DNA of 45,156 bases, taken from a bacterium (GTDB lineage: Bacteria; UBA8248). This document shows positions 9,997 through 19,877 of the stretch, one piece after another. The translations under genes were made by a program, and so were the position numbers. The first letter of the stretch is position 1, and every line of letters begins with the position of its first letter. The DNA lies in the NCBI GenBank assembly GCA_965213685.1, contig CBDBZY010000026.1, positions 1-45,156 on the forward strand. The letters run 5' to 3'. The notes beneath the pieces were generated by a model. It was not told where the DNA came from, ran no database searches, and saw only the letters and a program-made list of their open reading frames with translations.

Positions 9997-10683
9997 ATGA
10001 TGCATATGCCGGTTGTGGAAATTTTCCATGAGTATCATTGACCGTGGGCATACCTGGCCGCGGCGCGGCTGGACAAGGTGATGCCCGGTTTTGAGGGAAA
10101 GCTGTTGCTGCGATGGCGCGCGTTTCCCCTGGAAGTCATCAACGACCGCCCGGCGCCGCGCCATATCGTGGATCAGGAGTGGCCGCTGGTGGCGGTCCAG
10201 GAGCCGCTCGCCCCGTGCAGAGGCTGGCCCCACGACGCGTATTTGCGGAGCACGATGCCCGCTTTTCAGGCCTACGCGAGTGCCTACGCGCAGGACCCGG
10301 AAAGGGCGCGCGCCTATGACTTGAGGCTGAGGCGCGGTTTTTTCTATGAGGGCAGGCGGGTGGACGAGGTTCTCGTTCTCGTCGAGATCGCGGCGGAGGC
10401 GGGCCTGGACCCTGCCCGTGTGCGCGCGGACCTCGAGTCGGGCAAATACGAGAAAGCCGTGATGGATGACTACAGGGAGGCCATGCGGCTGCGCGATGCG
10501 GAGGGATTGCCGATGACCAGCCCCACCCTGATCCTTCCGGGCGGGGAGGTCCTGCACAATCCCTATGCGTCCGAGAAGACGATAGAAGACGGGAGGCTGA
10601 CCGAGGTGCACGCACCGCCCGCTTACGGGGAGGCGGTGTATGCGGGGTTTCGGGAAATCCTGTCGAGAGCGGCGTCCGGGTGA
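9997..10683 (+). CDS. DsbA/FrnE-like thioredoxin-fold selenoprotein, UPWA motif
   Basis: RBS GGGAGGGG, then MMHMPVVEIFHEYH-U(TGA 10039-10041)-PWAYLAAARL, in frame with track ORF 10078-10683 (WRAFPLE, AAEAGLD, cis-Pro loop TSPTL). Confidence 0.82.
10054..10072 (+). promoter_or_regulatory. putative bacterial SECIS hairpin
   Basis: CUGGCCGC[GGC]GCGGCUGG, 8-bp stem with 2 G-U pairs; loop G at +21 from the UGA. Confidence 0.6.
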
Positions 10684-11291
10684 TTATGGCTGAGCACCAG
10701 CTTCGGATTTTATCTCTTGCTGGGCTTCTTTTTCCATTTTCTTTTTTCTCTCGGCCATTTGCTTTTTCAATCTCTCGTATTCCTCTTGGAGAGCGACGGA
10801 AGCAGAATCTTCAGGTTGCATGATAACATGGACGAGATTCGGGTATTCTTGTGCCGCGCCACTTACGGCGTCGACAAAAATTCCAACGCCTCCGCCGAGT
10901 ATGATGTTGCCCAAAAGTCGCGCCTACCAACGTCTCGTCAAATGCGTGTGTAGTTGTCTTGAAGCCTTTTTTTCTCACACGTGAGAACTATCGGCCCGTC
11001 TCCTTTATGGACTGTCGTGGCACTTGGAGTAGAGGCCCATGTATAGCTTCTCCCTCTTTTGTCGATTCCCTTGCACATCGCACCCTTCGCGTTGAGCACA
11101 TCCACGGTAATGGTTTGAGAGGTGCCCGAAACCAAAGTTGCGCAACCGGAGACGAGCAACGCCGAACAGGCGAGCAAAGGAGTTCCCATCATGCGCAGCA
11201 TGGCGGCCTTCCCTTTGCGCGCCATCGACCATGCTTCTCTCGTCCCGATCACTGCGGACAACGTGGCAACGACGATTGCGAACTTCTTCAT
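10684..11291 (-). CDS. putative lipoprotein with glycine-rich motif (two apparent +1 indels)
   Basis: Lipobox LVSGC, then ATLVSGTSQTITV ... GNIILGGGVGIFVDAVSGAAQEYP. Frame restored by dropping a base at 10967-10973 and at 10910-10916. Visibly more AT-rich than its neighbours. Confidence 0.65.
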
Positions 11292-11320
11292 GCGACAGCC
11301 CTCCCCTTGATGAAGGAATC

Positions 11321-11343
11321 CCCGGCCTTCCCGCAAGGCCGGG
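11321..11343. other. intergenic hairpin (possible terminator or stabiliser)
   Basis: CCCGGCCTT-CCCGC-AAGGCCGGG, perfect 9-bp stem, no clear U-tract. Confidence 0.4.
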
Positions 11344-11396
11344 TCGGTTGCCAAACGAACCCCGGAGGATAGGCGTCTCCGCCCGCCTTGGCCCGC

Positions 11397-11798
11397 TCAG
11401 GCGAGCGGGTACATCCGCGCGACGCGCAGCCTGGCGACGAGCCGTCTTTCGTCCTGCATCGCCTGCAGGTATTCCTCCACGTCGTCCGGCGCTTTTCCGG
11501 TGATGCGCCGATAGAGGTCGAGGTTCAGGAGTCCCTCCGGGTCTTTGACCAGCGCCGCCTCCCCCTCCGCGCAAAGGTAGGGATAGAAGCTGTCCTGCGG
11601 CAGCACGCAGAGCGTGGCCCTGGGGTCGCGCCTCAGGTTCTTGGCCTTCACGCGATCCCACGTCATGGAGAATTCCACCACCCCGCCGCGGTGATCGAAT
11701 ACGATGGGCGTGGGGTGCGGCCTGCCGTCCGCGAGCAGGGTGCTCAGGACGCCGTGGTGCTGCTCGTTCAGAAAAGCGGTCGCCTCATCGTGCGTCAT
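11397..11798 (-). CDS. PPOX-class (pyridoxamine 5'-phosphate oxidase-like, possibly F420-dependent) split-barrel protein
   Basis: GVLSTLLADGRPHPTPI, KAKNLRRDPRATLCV; RBS AAGGAG. Confidence 0.85.
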   Translation of the reverse strand: MTHDEATAFLNEQHHGVLSTLLADGRPHPTPIVFDHRGGVVEFSMTWDRVKAKNLRRDPRATLCVLPQDSFYPYLCAEGEAALVKDPEGLLNLDLYRRITGKAPDDVEEYLQAMQDERRLVARLRVARMYPLA

Positions 11799-12611
11799 GG
11801 GTTTCTCCTTGTGCATGCGCGTCGCTTACGGTGTCGATGAAAGCCTCGAACGCGGCGGAAAAAGCCTCGGGCGCCTCCTGCATCGGGTAATGGCCGCAGG
11901 CGGGAATCATCGTTCTGACGCAATCCGGAATCCGCGCCTCCAGCATCTCGCCGAACGCCATCGCCCCCGCGTCCCTCTCGCCCACGCACACCCAGGTGGG
12001 GGTGCGGATTTCGTGCAGCCGCGTCCTCATGTCGGGCGTCCGGAGGATGGCGTCTATCGCCGCGGCACAGCCGGCGGGCGTGTTCCGGAGGTATCGTTTC
12101 CGGAACGCCTCGGCGCCCTCTCCCTCCGTGTAGGCTTTGGGGAGCGTCGCCCCGCATCGCCTCGCTCGCCAGCATCGCCGCCACCCCCTCCTCCAGTGCG
12201 ATCTTGCGCAAAACGTTCCCATCGCTTTCGGGCCTCTCCTTCGGGGGCTGCGGCGGACGCGCCGACGAGGGTCAGGCTCTCCAGTTTTTCCGGGCGCTGC
12301 AGGGCGAACCACAGGGCGGTGCGCCCGCCCATGCTGTGTCCCATGAGGTGGACCCGGTCGAGCCCCCAGAAGTTCAGGAGGCCCAGCAGATCGTCGGCCA
12401 GGGCCGGGATGTCGTATGGCGCCTGCGGCGTCCCCGATGCGCCGTGGCCGCGATGATCGTATGCGAACACCTGGCAGCGTCTCGAGAGAGCGTCCATCAC
12501 CGGCTCCCACGTGTATGTGGAGTGCGCGAACCCGTGCATGGCGACCAGGGGCGTCCCCCGGCCCTTCACGACATACGCCAGGTTCACGCCGTTCACCGTC
12601 GCTATGGGCAT
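11785..12611 (-). CDS. alpha/beta fold hydrolase (PcaD/MenH-like; two apparent +1 indels)
   Basis: [31 protein letters not shown]. Frames join by removing a base at 12210-12213 and at 12150-12153. Confidence 0.82.
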
Positions 12612-12732
12612 CCTCCGCTCCTCCTTCCTCATGGGAAATATGCCGATCACCTTTGCCGCACCGCCAGAATACCCTATTATGGACTCTCGGGGAGAGCGAC
12701 CAGGTCCGACGAGCAGAGGCGGGAGAGTGCCC

Positions 12733-13423
12733 GTGGATGAGAAGGGAGCGGCCGTCGTCCTCCTGAGCGGGGGCATGGATTCCGCCGTCGTCCTGGCCAT
12801 CGCTAGGCGCGCGGGGTTTCGTTGCGAGGCGCTGAGTTTCGACTATGGCCAAAGGCATCGGCGCGAGCTGCTGGCCGCGAAAAACGTGGCGCGCCGCATG
12901 GGCGCGTCCGGCCACGTGACGTTGTCGGTCGACATGCGCGCGATAGGAGGGAGTGCGCTCACCGGGGACGTCGACGTGCCCAAGGGGCGCCACGACATAG
13001 GCGACGACATCCCCGTCACCTATGTGCCCGCGCGAAACACGATTTTCCTGAGCTACGCCCTCGCTCTGGCCGAAGTGCGGGGCGCGCGCGATATTTTTAT
13101 CGGGGTGAACGCGCTGGATTATTCCGGGTATCCCGATTGCCGCCCCGAATACATCGAAGCCTATGCGCGCATGGCGCGCCTCGCCACGAAGGCGGGGGGT
13201 GCGGGGCGCCCCCCTGCGGGTGCATGCGCCCCTGATCGAGATGGGCAAGTCGGACATCGTGCGCAAGGGACTGGAGCTGGGGGTGGATTTCGCTCTCACC
13301 CATACCTGCTACGACCCGATGGAGGATGGCGCGCCCTGCGGTGCGTGCGACGCCTGCATCCTGAGGCGAAGGGGGTTCGAGGAGATCGGCGAGCGGGATC
13401 CGCTCCCCTATCCCCATCCCTGA
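12733..13423 (+). CDS. queC: 7-cyano-7-deazaguanine synthase (one apparent +1 indel)
   Basis: [39 protein letters not shown]...CGACDAC; extra G at 13194-13199. Confidence 0.93.
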
Positions 13424-13439
13424 CGTTCGGGGGGAGATC

Positions 13440-15107
13440 GTGGAAGAAATACGCACGGACGTCCTGGTGATCGGCGGCGGCCTGGCCGGAACCTTGGCCG
13501 CCATGGCCGCGCGCGCGGAGGGGGCGGACGTTTGCGTCGCCATGAAGGGCGGGGTCGGCCGGACGGGCAATTCCGCGCGCGCCGGCGGCGTTTTCGCAAC
13601 GATACGGAAGGGCTTCTCCCTGCCCGATGATTCCGTGGAAATCATGGTGGCGGATACCTTTCGCAGCGGATGGTTCATGTCCGACCCCGCACTGGTGCGC
13701 GCGGTCGCGTCCGAGTCGGGCGCCGCGATAGGGCGCCTGCGCGACTACGCGGTCCCCTTCCTGGAGAAAAACGGCGCGATGACGCCCACGAAACTCCCCG
13801 GACACACCTATCCCCGGGGGCGCGGGTGCCGGGCGGCGGCCCCCGGATGATGGGCATCCTCGGAGAGAGGCTTGCGCGCAGCGGCGCGCGCACCCTGGAG
13901 TGCCTGGCCCTCGCCGGGTTGCTGCGCGACGGCAACGCGCGGGTCGTGGGGGCTGATTTTCAGGAGGAGAGCGGCGCGGGTCTGCTGCGGGTGCGTTCGC
14001 GCGCCACGATTTTGGCGATGGGCGGCCTGGGGGGGATGTACCCCGTCACGACGAACGCGCCGGGCGTCGCGGGAGTCGGCTACGGGGCGGCGCTGGAGGC
14101 CGGGGCGCGCTTGCGGGATATGGAGTTCGTGCAGTTCACGCCGACGGCGATGGCCCATCCGCCGCAGCTGAGAGGCAGAAACTCCGGGGGCATGGCCCTC
14201 TCCTTCCGGGAGGTGAGGATGCGGAACAGCCGGGGCGAGCGATTCATGTCCCGGTATGCGCCCGACGACATGGAGCACGCGAAGCGCGACGTTCTCGCCC
14301 GCGCGATGCACCGGGAGCTCCGCGCCGGACGCGGAACCGCGAACGGGGGCCTGTTTCTGGATTTGACGCGGGTGCCCTACGGGGCGCTGCGGGACGTGAT
14401 GGGGGAGATCATCGACGATTTCGAGGCGGCGGGCCTCGACGTGCGAAAAGAGCCGATAGAGATCGCTCCCGCCGCGCACTCTTGCATGGGCGGCGTCCGC
14501 ATCGACGCGGACGGGCGAACGGACGTGCGTGGCCTTCTCGCCGCCGGGGAGAACGGCGGGGGGCTGCACGGAGCGAATCGCCTGGCGAGCGGGGGGCCTC
14601 ACCGTGTGCGCCGTCATGGGGGAGCGGGCGGGTCGGGCCGCCGCCGGCATGGCGGGAGAAGGGGGGGCGCCCGAGGAGGACGGGGCGGGGGCGGCCCGCG
14701 CCGATGGCGCGACCGCGAGTCAACTGGCGGAAATCGAGGACAGCGTGCGCGCGGTCATGTTTTCTTCCGGCGGCATGGAGCGGGATTTGCCGACGCTGCG
14801 GGCGGGGGTCGAGAAAATGGCGGCTCTCAAACAGAGAATGGCGGCCAGGGCGCCCACGGGCTCCCTCCTCTCGCGGGGCGCCCAGGCGCGCTGGATGTGC
14901 CTGACGGCCGAGGCGATGCTGGGGGCGATGGCGATGCGCGCCGAAAGCCGGGGGGCGCATGTGCGGTCGGATTATCCCGAACGCGACGATGAGAACTGGC
15001 TCGCCAACATTCACGTATCGCTGGGCGATGACGGGGCGCCGATCCACCGGAGGGTCCCGATAGACGCCGGGCTGCGGGAGATGGCGCGTCGCCATGCGGG
15101 CGCTTGA
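13440..15107 (+). CDS. SdhA/FrdA/NadB-family FAD-binding flavoprotein (two apparent indels)
   Basis: [59 protein letters not shown]; frame breaks at 13812-13820 and 14591-14596. Confidence 0.85.
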
Positions 15108-15217
15108 GGGCTACGGGGCCGGTGGCGGACGGCGATTGACACCACAGGCCCGAGAGGATAACCAAGAAGGACGCATCCGCCATTCCGAGGATTGTTGCGC
15201 GACCCGCTGGAGGAGCC

Positions 15218-16402
15218 ATGCAATATCCATTCACCGAAGAACAACTGGCGCTGGCCGACCTGACCCGGGATTTCATGGAGCGCGAGGTGGCGCCCGTAGC
15301 CGCGGAAATGGACAGGCGGCCCGACCCGAAGGATTGCTATCCGGGCGAACTCCTCCACAAGGCGTCGAAGCTCGGCTTGCGCACCATGGCGGTTCCGGAG
15401 AAATACGGCGGCATCGGCGCCGACACGACGACAAAGGCCCTCTGCCTCTGGACGGGCGCGCAGATCGAAATCGGCGTCATCAAATGCCTGAGCCAGTGCT
15501 GGAAGATATCGGGCGCGCTGTTCAAGTGCGGAACGGAGGCGCAACTCGACAAGTGGGGCAGGATGTTCGTGGAGGATCACGATTGCGTAGGCTCGTTCGT
15601 GATGACGGAGCCGGACTACGGCGCGGACAATCTCTACCGGCAGCCCGACCCCAGGCTGGGCCTGAAAACCTCGGCGGTCAAGGATGGCGACCACTATGTC
15701 ATCAACGGGGCGAAGCGGTTCACCTCGCTCACGAGCTGGGCGAAGATTTTGCTGGTCTTCGCCAGAACGGACCCCAACGTTCCCGTGCATGACGGAACCA
15801 CCTGCTTTCTCGTGCGCGGCGACCAGGAGGGCGTGAGCTACGGCAACGTGCACGACAAGCTCGGCTACAGGCTGTATCCCAACGCGGAGAGCTTTTACGA
15901 CAACGTCCGCGTCCACCAGGACGACATCCTCGGCGAGGTCAACAAGGGCTTTCATACGTTCGCCTCGGTGTTTCGCGGCAGCGCCGAGCTGCCCGCCTGC
16001 AATACGGGCATCGCCCGGGGGATGTACAACTTCTGCCTCCAGCACGCGAAGGAGCGCATCCAGGGGGGCAAGCCCATCATCGAGCACCAGGTGATACGGC
16101 ATCAGCTCGCCGAGATGCTCATGAACATCGAGGTGGCCGAGCAGTTCATGTGGCGCATCTGCTGGGGCGTGGAGAACGACGAGGGCTTCAACACGCGCTT
16201 CACGCGCTACGGCAAGGTGTTCAGCGATCAGGTGGCGCTCAAGACGATTCGTTTCGCCACGGATATTCTCGGCGGCATCGGCATCATGAAGGAGACGCCG
16301 ACGGAGAAGATGATGCGCGACCTCATCACCTTCCTGCACGGCGACGGGACGGATTCGATGACGCTTCTGCGCGCCGCCCAGACGCTGGACGAGCCCGCTT
16401 AG
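15218..16402 (+). CDS. acyl-CoA dehydrogenase family protein
   Basis: VPEKYGG, MTEPDYG, YVINGAKRF, ERIQGGKPI, ILGGIGIMKE; RBS GGAGGAG. Confidence 0.92.
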   Translation: MQYPFTEEQLALADLTRDFMEREVAPVAAEMDRRPDPKDCYPGELLHKASKLGLRTMAVPEKYGGIGADTTTKALCLWTGAQIEIGVIKCLSQCWKISGALFKCGTEAQLDKWGRMFVEDHDCVGSFVMTEPDYGADNLYRQPDPRLGLKTSAVKDGDHYVINGAKRFTSLTSWAKILLVFARTDPNVPVHDGTTCFLVRGDQEGVSYGNVHDKLGYRLYPNAESFYDNVRVHQDDILGEVNKGFHTFASVFRGSAELPACNTGIARGMYNFCLQHAKERIQGGKPIIEHQVIRHQLAEMLMNIEVAEQFMWRICWGVENDEGFNTRFTRYGKVFSDQVALKTIRFATDILGGIGIMKETPTEKMMRDLITFLHGDGTDSMTLLRAAQTLDEPA

Positions 16403-16410
16403 GGACGCGG

Positions 16411-16437
16411 AAAACGCCGCGCGGGCGCTTTTTTTTT
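16411..16437 (+). terminator. possible intrinsic terminator
   Basis: Short GC stem (CGCC...GGCG) followed by a 9-T run just after the ACAD stop. Confidence 0.4.
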
Positions 16438-16489
16438 GGAGGGGAAGGGGCGCGTCGCCGCTCCCCCGCCCGGTTTCGGGAGGAGAGCG

Positions 16490-17263
16490 ATGGATTTGAT
16501 GCTCGCCGACAAGGTGGCGATGGTCTCCGGGGCCAGCCGCGGCATCGGCTTCCACATTGCGAAGGAGCTGGTGGGCGAGGGTTGCCACGTGGCGATCAGC
16601 GCGCGGGGGGAGGAGCGCGTGCGCCAGGCGGTGGAGGAGCTGAACGCGCCGGGCGGCGGCCGCGCCGTGGGCTTCGTGGGCGACGTGACGCGCGAAGGCG
16701 TGCCCGACGCTTTCTTGCGCAAGACGCTCGATGCGTTTGGCGGCGTCGACATTCTGGTGAACAACGTGGGGGGCAGCAATCCGAAGGCGTTTCTCGACGT
16801 CACGGACGCGGAATGGCGGGAGGGGTTTGATTTCAACCTGTATCATGCGGTGACGCTCTCGCGCCTCGTGATACCGCAGATGAAGAAAAGAGGCGGCGGC
16901 GCCATCCTGAACGTCGCCTCCATCTATGGCCGCGAATCCAGGGGCGCGATGACGTACAACGCCTCCAAGGCGGCGCTCATCAGCTTCTCCAAGGGCCTCG
17001 CCCAGCAGACGGCGAAGGACAACATCCGCGTGAATTCCATCGCCCCCGGCAGCATCCTCTTCCCGGGAGGCGTTTGGGAGCGCAGGATAAACGAGGCGCC
17101 CGACGGCCTGAAGGGTTTTATGGACGCGGAAATGCCCTTGGGCCGGTTCGGCCGGGTGGAGGAGATAGCCGCGGTGGCCGTTTTCATGGTGAGTCCGAGG
17201 GCGAGCCTGGTGCACGGGGCCTGCTGGAACGTGGACGGCTCGCAGAGTCGGTCGAACATCTAG
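16490..17263 (+). CDS. SDR family oxidoreductase
   Basis: SGASRGIG, ILVNNVG, YNASK, VNSIAPG. Confidence 0.93.
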   Translation: MDLMLADKVAMVSGASRGIGFHIAKELVGEGCHVAISARGEERVRQAVEELNAPGGGRAVGFVGDVTREGVPDAFLRKTLDAFGGVDILVNNVGGSNPKAFLDVTDAEWREGFDFNLYHAVTLSRLVIPQMKKRGGGAILNVASIYGRESRGAMTYNASKAALISFSKGLAQQTAKDNIRVNSIAPGSILFPGGVWERRINEAPDGLKGFMDAEMPLGRFGRVEEIAAVAVFMVSPRASLVHGACWNVDGSQSRSNI

Positions 17264-17343
17264 ACCGGACAGGGCACGGGGCCGTCGCTCCCAAGCGTCT
17301 ACAGCTCGCAGAATCGGCCGGACATCTCGCTCGGCAGGGATGT

Positions 17344-18315
17344 TTACGAAATTTTCTCCAGCGGCTCCCGCACGCGCGTGAGCCACTGCTGTTTCAGGGC
17401 GCTTTTGACGACGCGCGGGAGGCTGAACCCTATCGGTATCATGCGGGGTTCGACGAGTGGCCTGGACAATCTCGCCTCCTCGAGCGGCAGTCCCGCGAGG
17501 TCGATTTTGCCCAAATCCGTTTCGCCGAAGCCCGTCAATCGGGCGGCTTCGAGCGTCCGCAGCTTCTCGGGCGCAAGCCCGGACACCTCACAGGCGACGC
17601 GGTCGAGCGCCACCGGGTCGGCACTCGCCATGATGAGGCCCACCCGGCGGGGGCTTCCCTGTGCGGGCCCCTGGCCTTCCATCGCCCAGACGGCGTCCAG
17701 GACGGAGAGCCTCGCGCCCAGCAGCTGCGCCGTTTCGACGAGCATGAGCGGAAAATAGTCCTCGAACCCCCCCGCCTTGAAATGCCACCACGCCTTTCTT
17801 TTGCCGGCGACGCAGCCGAACAGGTTTTTGACCGCACCCGTCATATACAGCTGGCAGTGGGTCTTGAGCTTCGGGAGGTTGACGATTCCGTCCGCGCGCA
17901 CCGCCTCTTTCGCCACGGTGAGGTGCGCGTACACGGCCCCCTGCGGATTGGGAACCCTCGCCCCTTCCCGAAACGGGGCGAGGGGAATCCCCAGCGCATC
18001 GCATACACCCGACAGGCCGGCCTGTTTGGCGGCGGCGGCGAAGCTTCCCCATGCGGGGCTATCCCCCACGGTCAATTGGGGCGGCGGCGCGTCTGCGCCC
18101 AGCAGCTGCTCCGCCACCGCCCGGAGTATTTCGGGGTGGGTCGTCACCGCACTCTCCGGCGGCGCGCCCTTCAGGAGGTTGGGCTTGAGGAGGATTTTCT
18201 CGTCCGGGGACGCGAATCGCGCCGCACCGCCCAGTGCCTCGAACGCCTCGGCGACGGCGTCGCGCACCCGCTCTCTCTCATAGCTTTCGCACCGGACGAT
18301 CGCAACGCGGCTCAT
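17344..18315 (-). CDS. DUF362-domain protein
   Basis: LLKPNLL, VTTHP, NLPKLKTH, TGAVKNLFG, MEGQGP, DPVALD. Confidence 0.88.
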   Translation of the reverse strand: MSRVAIVRCESYERERVRDAVAEAFEALGGAARFASPDEKILLKPNLLKGAPPESAVTTHPEILRAVAEQLLGADAPPPQLTVGDSPAWGSFAAAAKQAGLSGVCDALGIPLAPFREGARVPNPQGAVYAHLTVAKEAVRADGIVNLPKLKTHCQLYMTGAVKNLFGCVAGKRKAWWHFKAGGFEDYFPLMLVETAQLLGARLSVLDAVWAMEGQGPAQGSPRRVGLIMASADPVALDRVACEVSGLAPEKLRTLEAARLTGFGETDLGKIDLAGLPLEEARLSRPLVEPRMIPIGFSLPRVVKSALKQQWLTRVREPLEKIS

Positions 18316-18322
18316 CCGTTCG

Positions 18323-18655
18323 TCAACTCTCTTTTTTCACGGCTTCTATTTCCGCGTCGCGCTGCGCCTCGAGTGCGGTGCGCTCGTTCCGAAACTTCTG
18401 GCGAAACGCGCGAACGGCCTCCCGGGCTTCCGGCTTCATCTGCGCCTCCACGGCTTCCAGAGGGGCGCCTCCCGTCATTCCCAACAATTCCTGCTGGTGG
18501 AGGACGTCCTTTTCGGCGATTTTGCCCTCATACACTTTCTTGATTTCCTCGATCCTCTCCCTTTGCTGGGGGGTGAGTTTTTCCAGCTCCTGCCGTGCTC
18601 TCTCCCCGATGGCGGAAGTCTTCTCCATCGCGATTTCCAGGGCGCTTTTCATCAT
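18323..18655 (-). CDS. hypothetical coiled-coil protein
   Basis: About 110 aa charged helical ORF (KSALEIAMEKT...) with RBS GGGAG and an upstream promoter; 7 nt from the DUF362 gene. Confidence 0.75.
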   Translation of the reverse strand: MMKSALEIAMEKTSAIGERARQELEKLTPQQRERIEEIKKVYEGKIAEKDVLHQQELLGMTGGAPLEAVEAQMKPEAREAVRAFRQKFRNERTALEAQRDAEIEAVKKES

Positions 18656-18690
18656 CACTCTCCCGACGGCCGCGTTATGTAGGAAGGGGC

Positions 18691-18719
18691 ATTCTAGGTT
18701 GCGGGACGCAGGGGGTCAA
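18691..18719 (-). promoter_or_regulatory. sigma70-type promoter
   Basis: TTGACC-N17-TAGAAT upstream of 18655. Confidence 0.65.
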
Positions 18720-18908
18720 CATCCGCAGTTTCCGGCGAACCCGGCGGAGGCGGCCGGCCGCCGGGCGCACAGGCGGGACGGGTGAGCCGACGCCCGCGTT
18801 TTCAGAGAGATGGGGAGAGTCTCCGTTTTCTCGTCTCCGAACGAATCTCCACACGGGAAATTTTGCTATAAGGACATGGAGGAGCTCCCCCCCTCTGCCG
18901 GAGGACGT

Positions 18909-19877
18909 ATGCGCGCGGTCACGTTCGATGACGTATTGCAGGCGCAAAAACGCATTGCCGCATACCTGCGCCCCACGCCCTTTCACGAGGTGGAGGTGCT
19001 CTCCGAGCGCATGGGGTGCCGGTATTTCCTGAAGTTCGATTCCATGCAGCCCGTCGGCGCCTTCAAGGTGCGCGGCGGCGTGAACCTCGTCTCCCAGCTG
19101 GCGCCGGAGGAGAAGAAAAAGGGGCTTATCACGGCGTCGACCGGCAACCACGGGCAGTCCATCGCCTATGCCGCCAGGATTTTCGGCGTCCGGGCGCTGG
19201 TGGCGGCCCCGCACGGGGCCAACCCGGACAAAATCTCGGCGATCCGCAGACTCGGGGCGGAGGTCGCATTCGCCGGGAAGGATTTTGACGAGGCCAGGGA
19301 GTGGTGCGAGGAGCAGCGCCACGCGCGGGGCATGCGCTACGTGCACTCGGCCAACGAGCCGCGCCTCATCGCGGGCGTGGCGACCCAGGCGCTGGAAATC
19401 ATGGCGCTCGAACCGGATCTGGACGTGCTCATCGTTCCCCTCGGCGGCGGCAGCGGGGTGTGCGGCGCCGCTCTCGCAGCCAAGCATATTCGCCCTGGAG
19501 TCCACGTGGTGGGCGTTCAGGCGCGCAACGCCCCCGCTTTCTACGAGAGTTTCTATGCGGGGGAGATGCTGCCGCAGCCGGCGGCGAACACCTTTGCGGA
19601 CGGCCTCGCGACGCGGGTGCCCTATGCGCTGACCTTCTCGATGATCCGGCAATATGTGGACGAGATCGTTCTGGTGAGCGAGGAGGAGTTGTGCGACGCC
19701 ATACGCCTGCTCCTCTCGGAGGTGCGCGTCATCGCCGAGGGCGCGGGGGCCGCCGCGACGGCGGCCGCCATGAAGATGGACCTGAAGCGCAAGCGGGTCG
19801 CCGGGGTCTTGAGCGGGCGGAACCTCACCCGCGCGCACCTGCAGGTCATCATGAATGGCGGGGTGCCCCGCCCGTGA
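18909..19877 (+). CDS. PLP-dependent threonine/serine dehydratase family protein
   Basis: GAFKVRG (PLP lysine), ASTGNHG, PLGGGSG, ADGL, EGAGA, LSGRN; no ACT domain. Confidence 0.92.
   Translation: MRAVTFDDVLQAQKRIAAYLRPTPFHEVEVLSERMGCRYFLKFDSMQPVGAFKVRGGVNLVSQLAPEEKKKGLITASTGNHGQSIAYAARIFGVRALVAAPHGANPDKISAIRRLGAEVAFAGKDFDEAREWCEEQRHARGMRYVHSANEPRLIAGVATQALEIMALEPDLDVLIVPLGGGSGVCGAALAAKHIRPGVHVVGVQARNAPAFYESFYAGEMLPQPAANTFADGLATRVPYALTFSMIRQYVDEIVLVSEEELCDAIRLLLSEVRVIAEGAGAAATAAAMKMDLKRKRVAGVLSGRNLTRAHLQVIMNGGVPRP

Noticed and set aside
12733-13423. queC as part of a defence system (QatC or Dpd-like) or as a pseudogene
   Set aside because: Canonical housekeeping-size QueC with no such partners; the only break is a homopolymer indel.
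19301-19873. 191-aa N-terminal extension of PriA
   Set aside because: Overlaps the dehydratase gene in another frame; GTG 19874 in a GTGA overlap is the plausible start.
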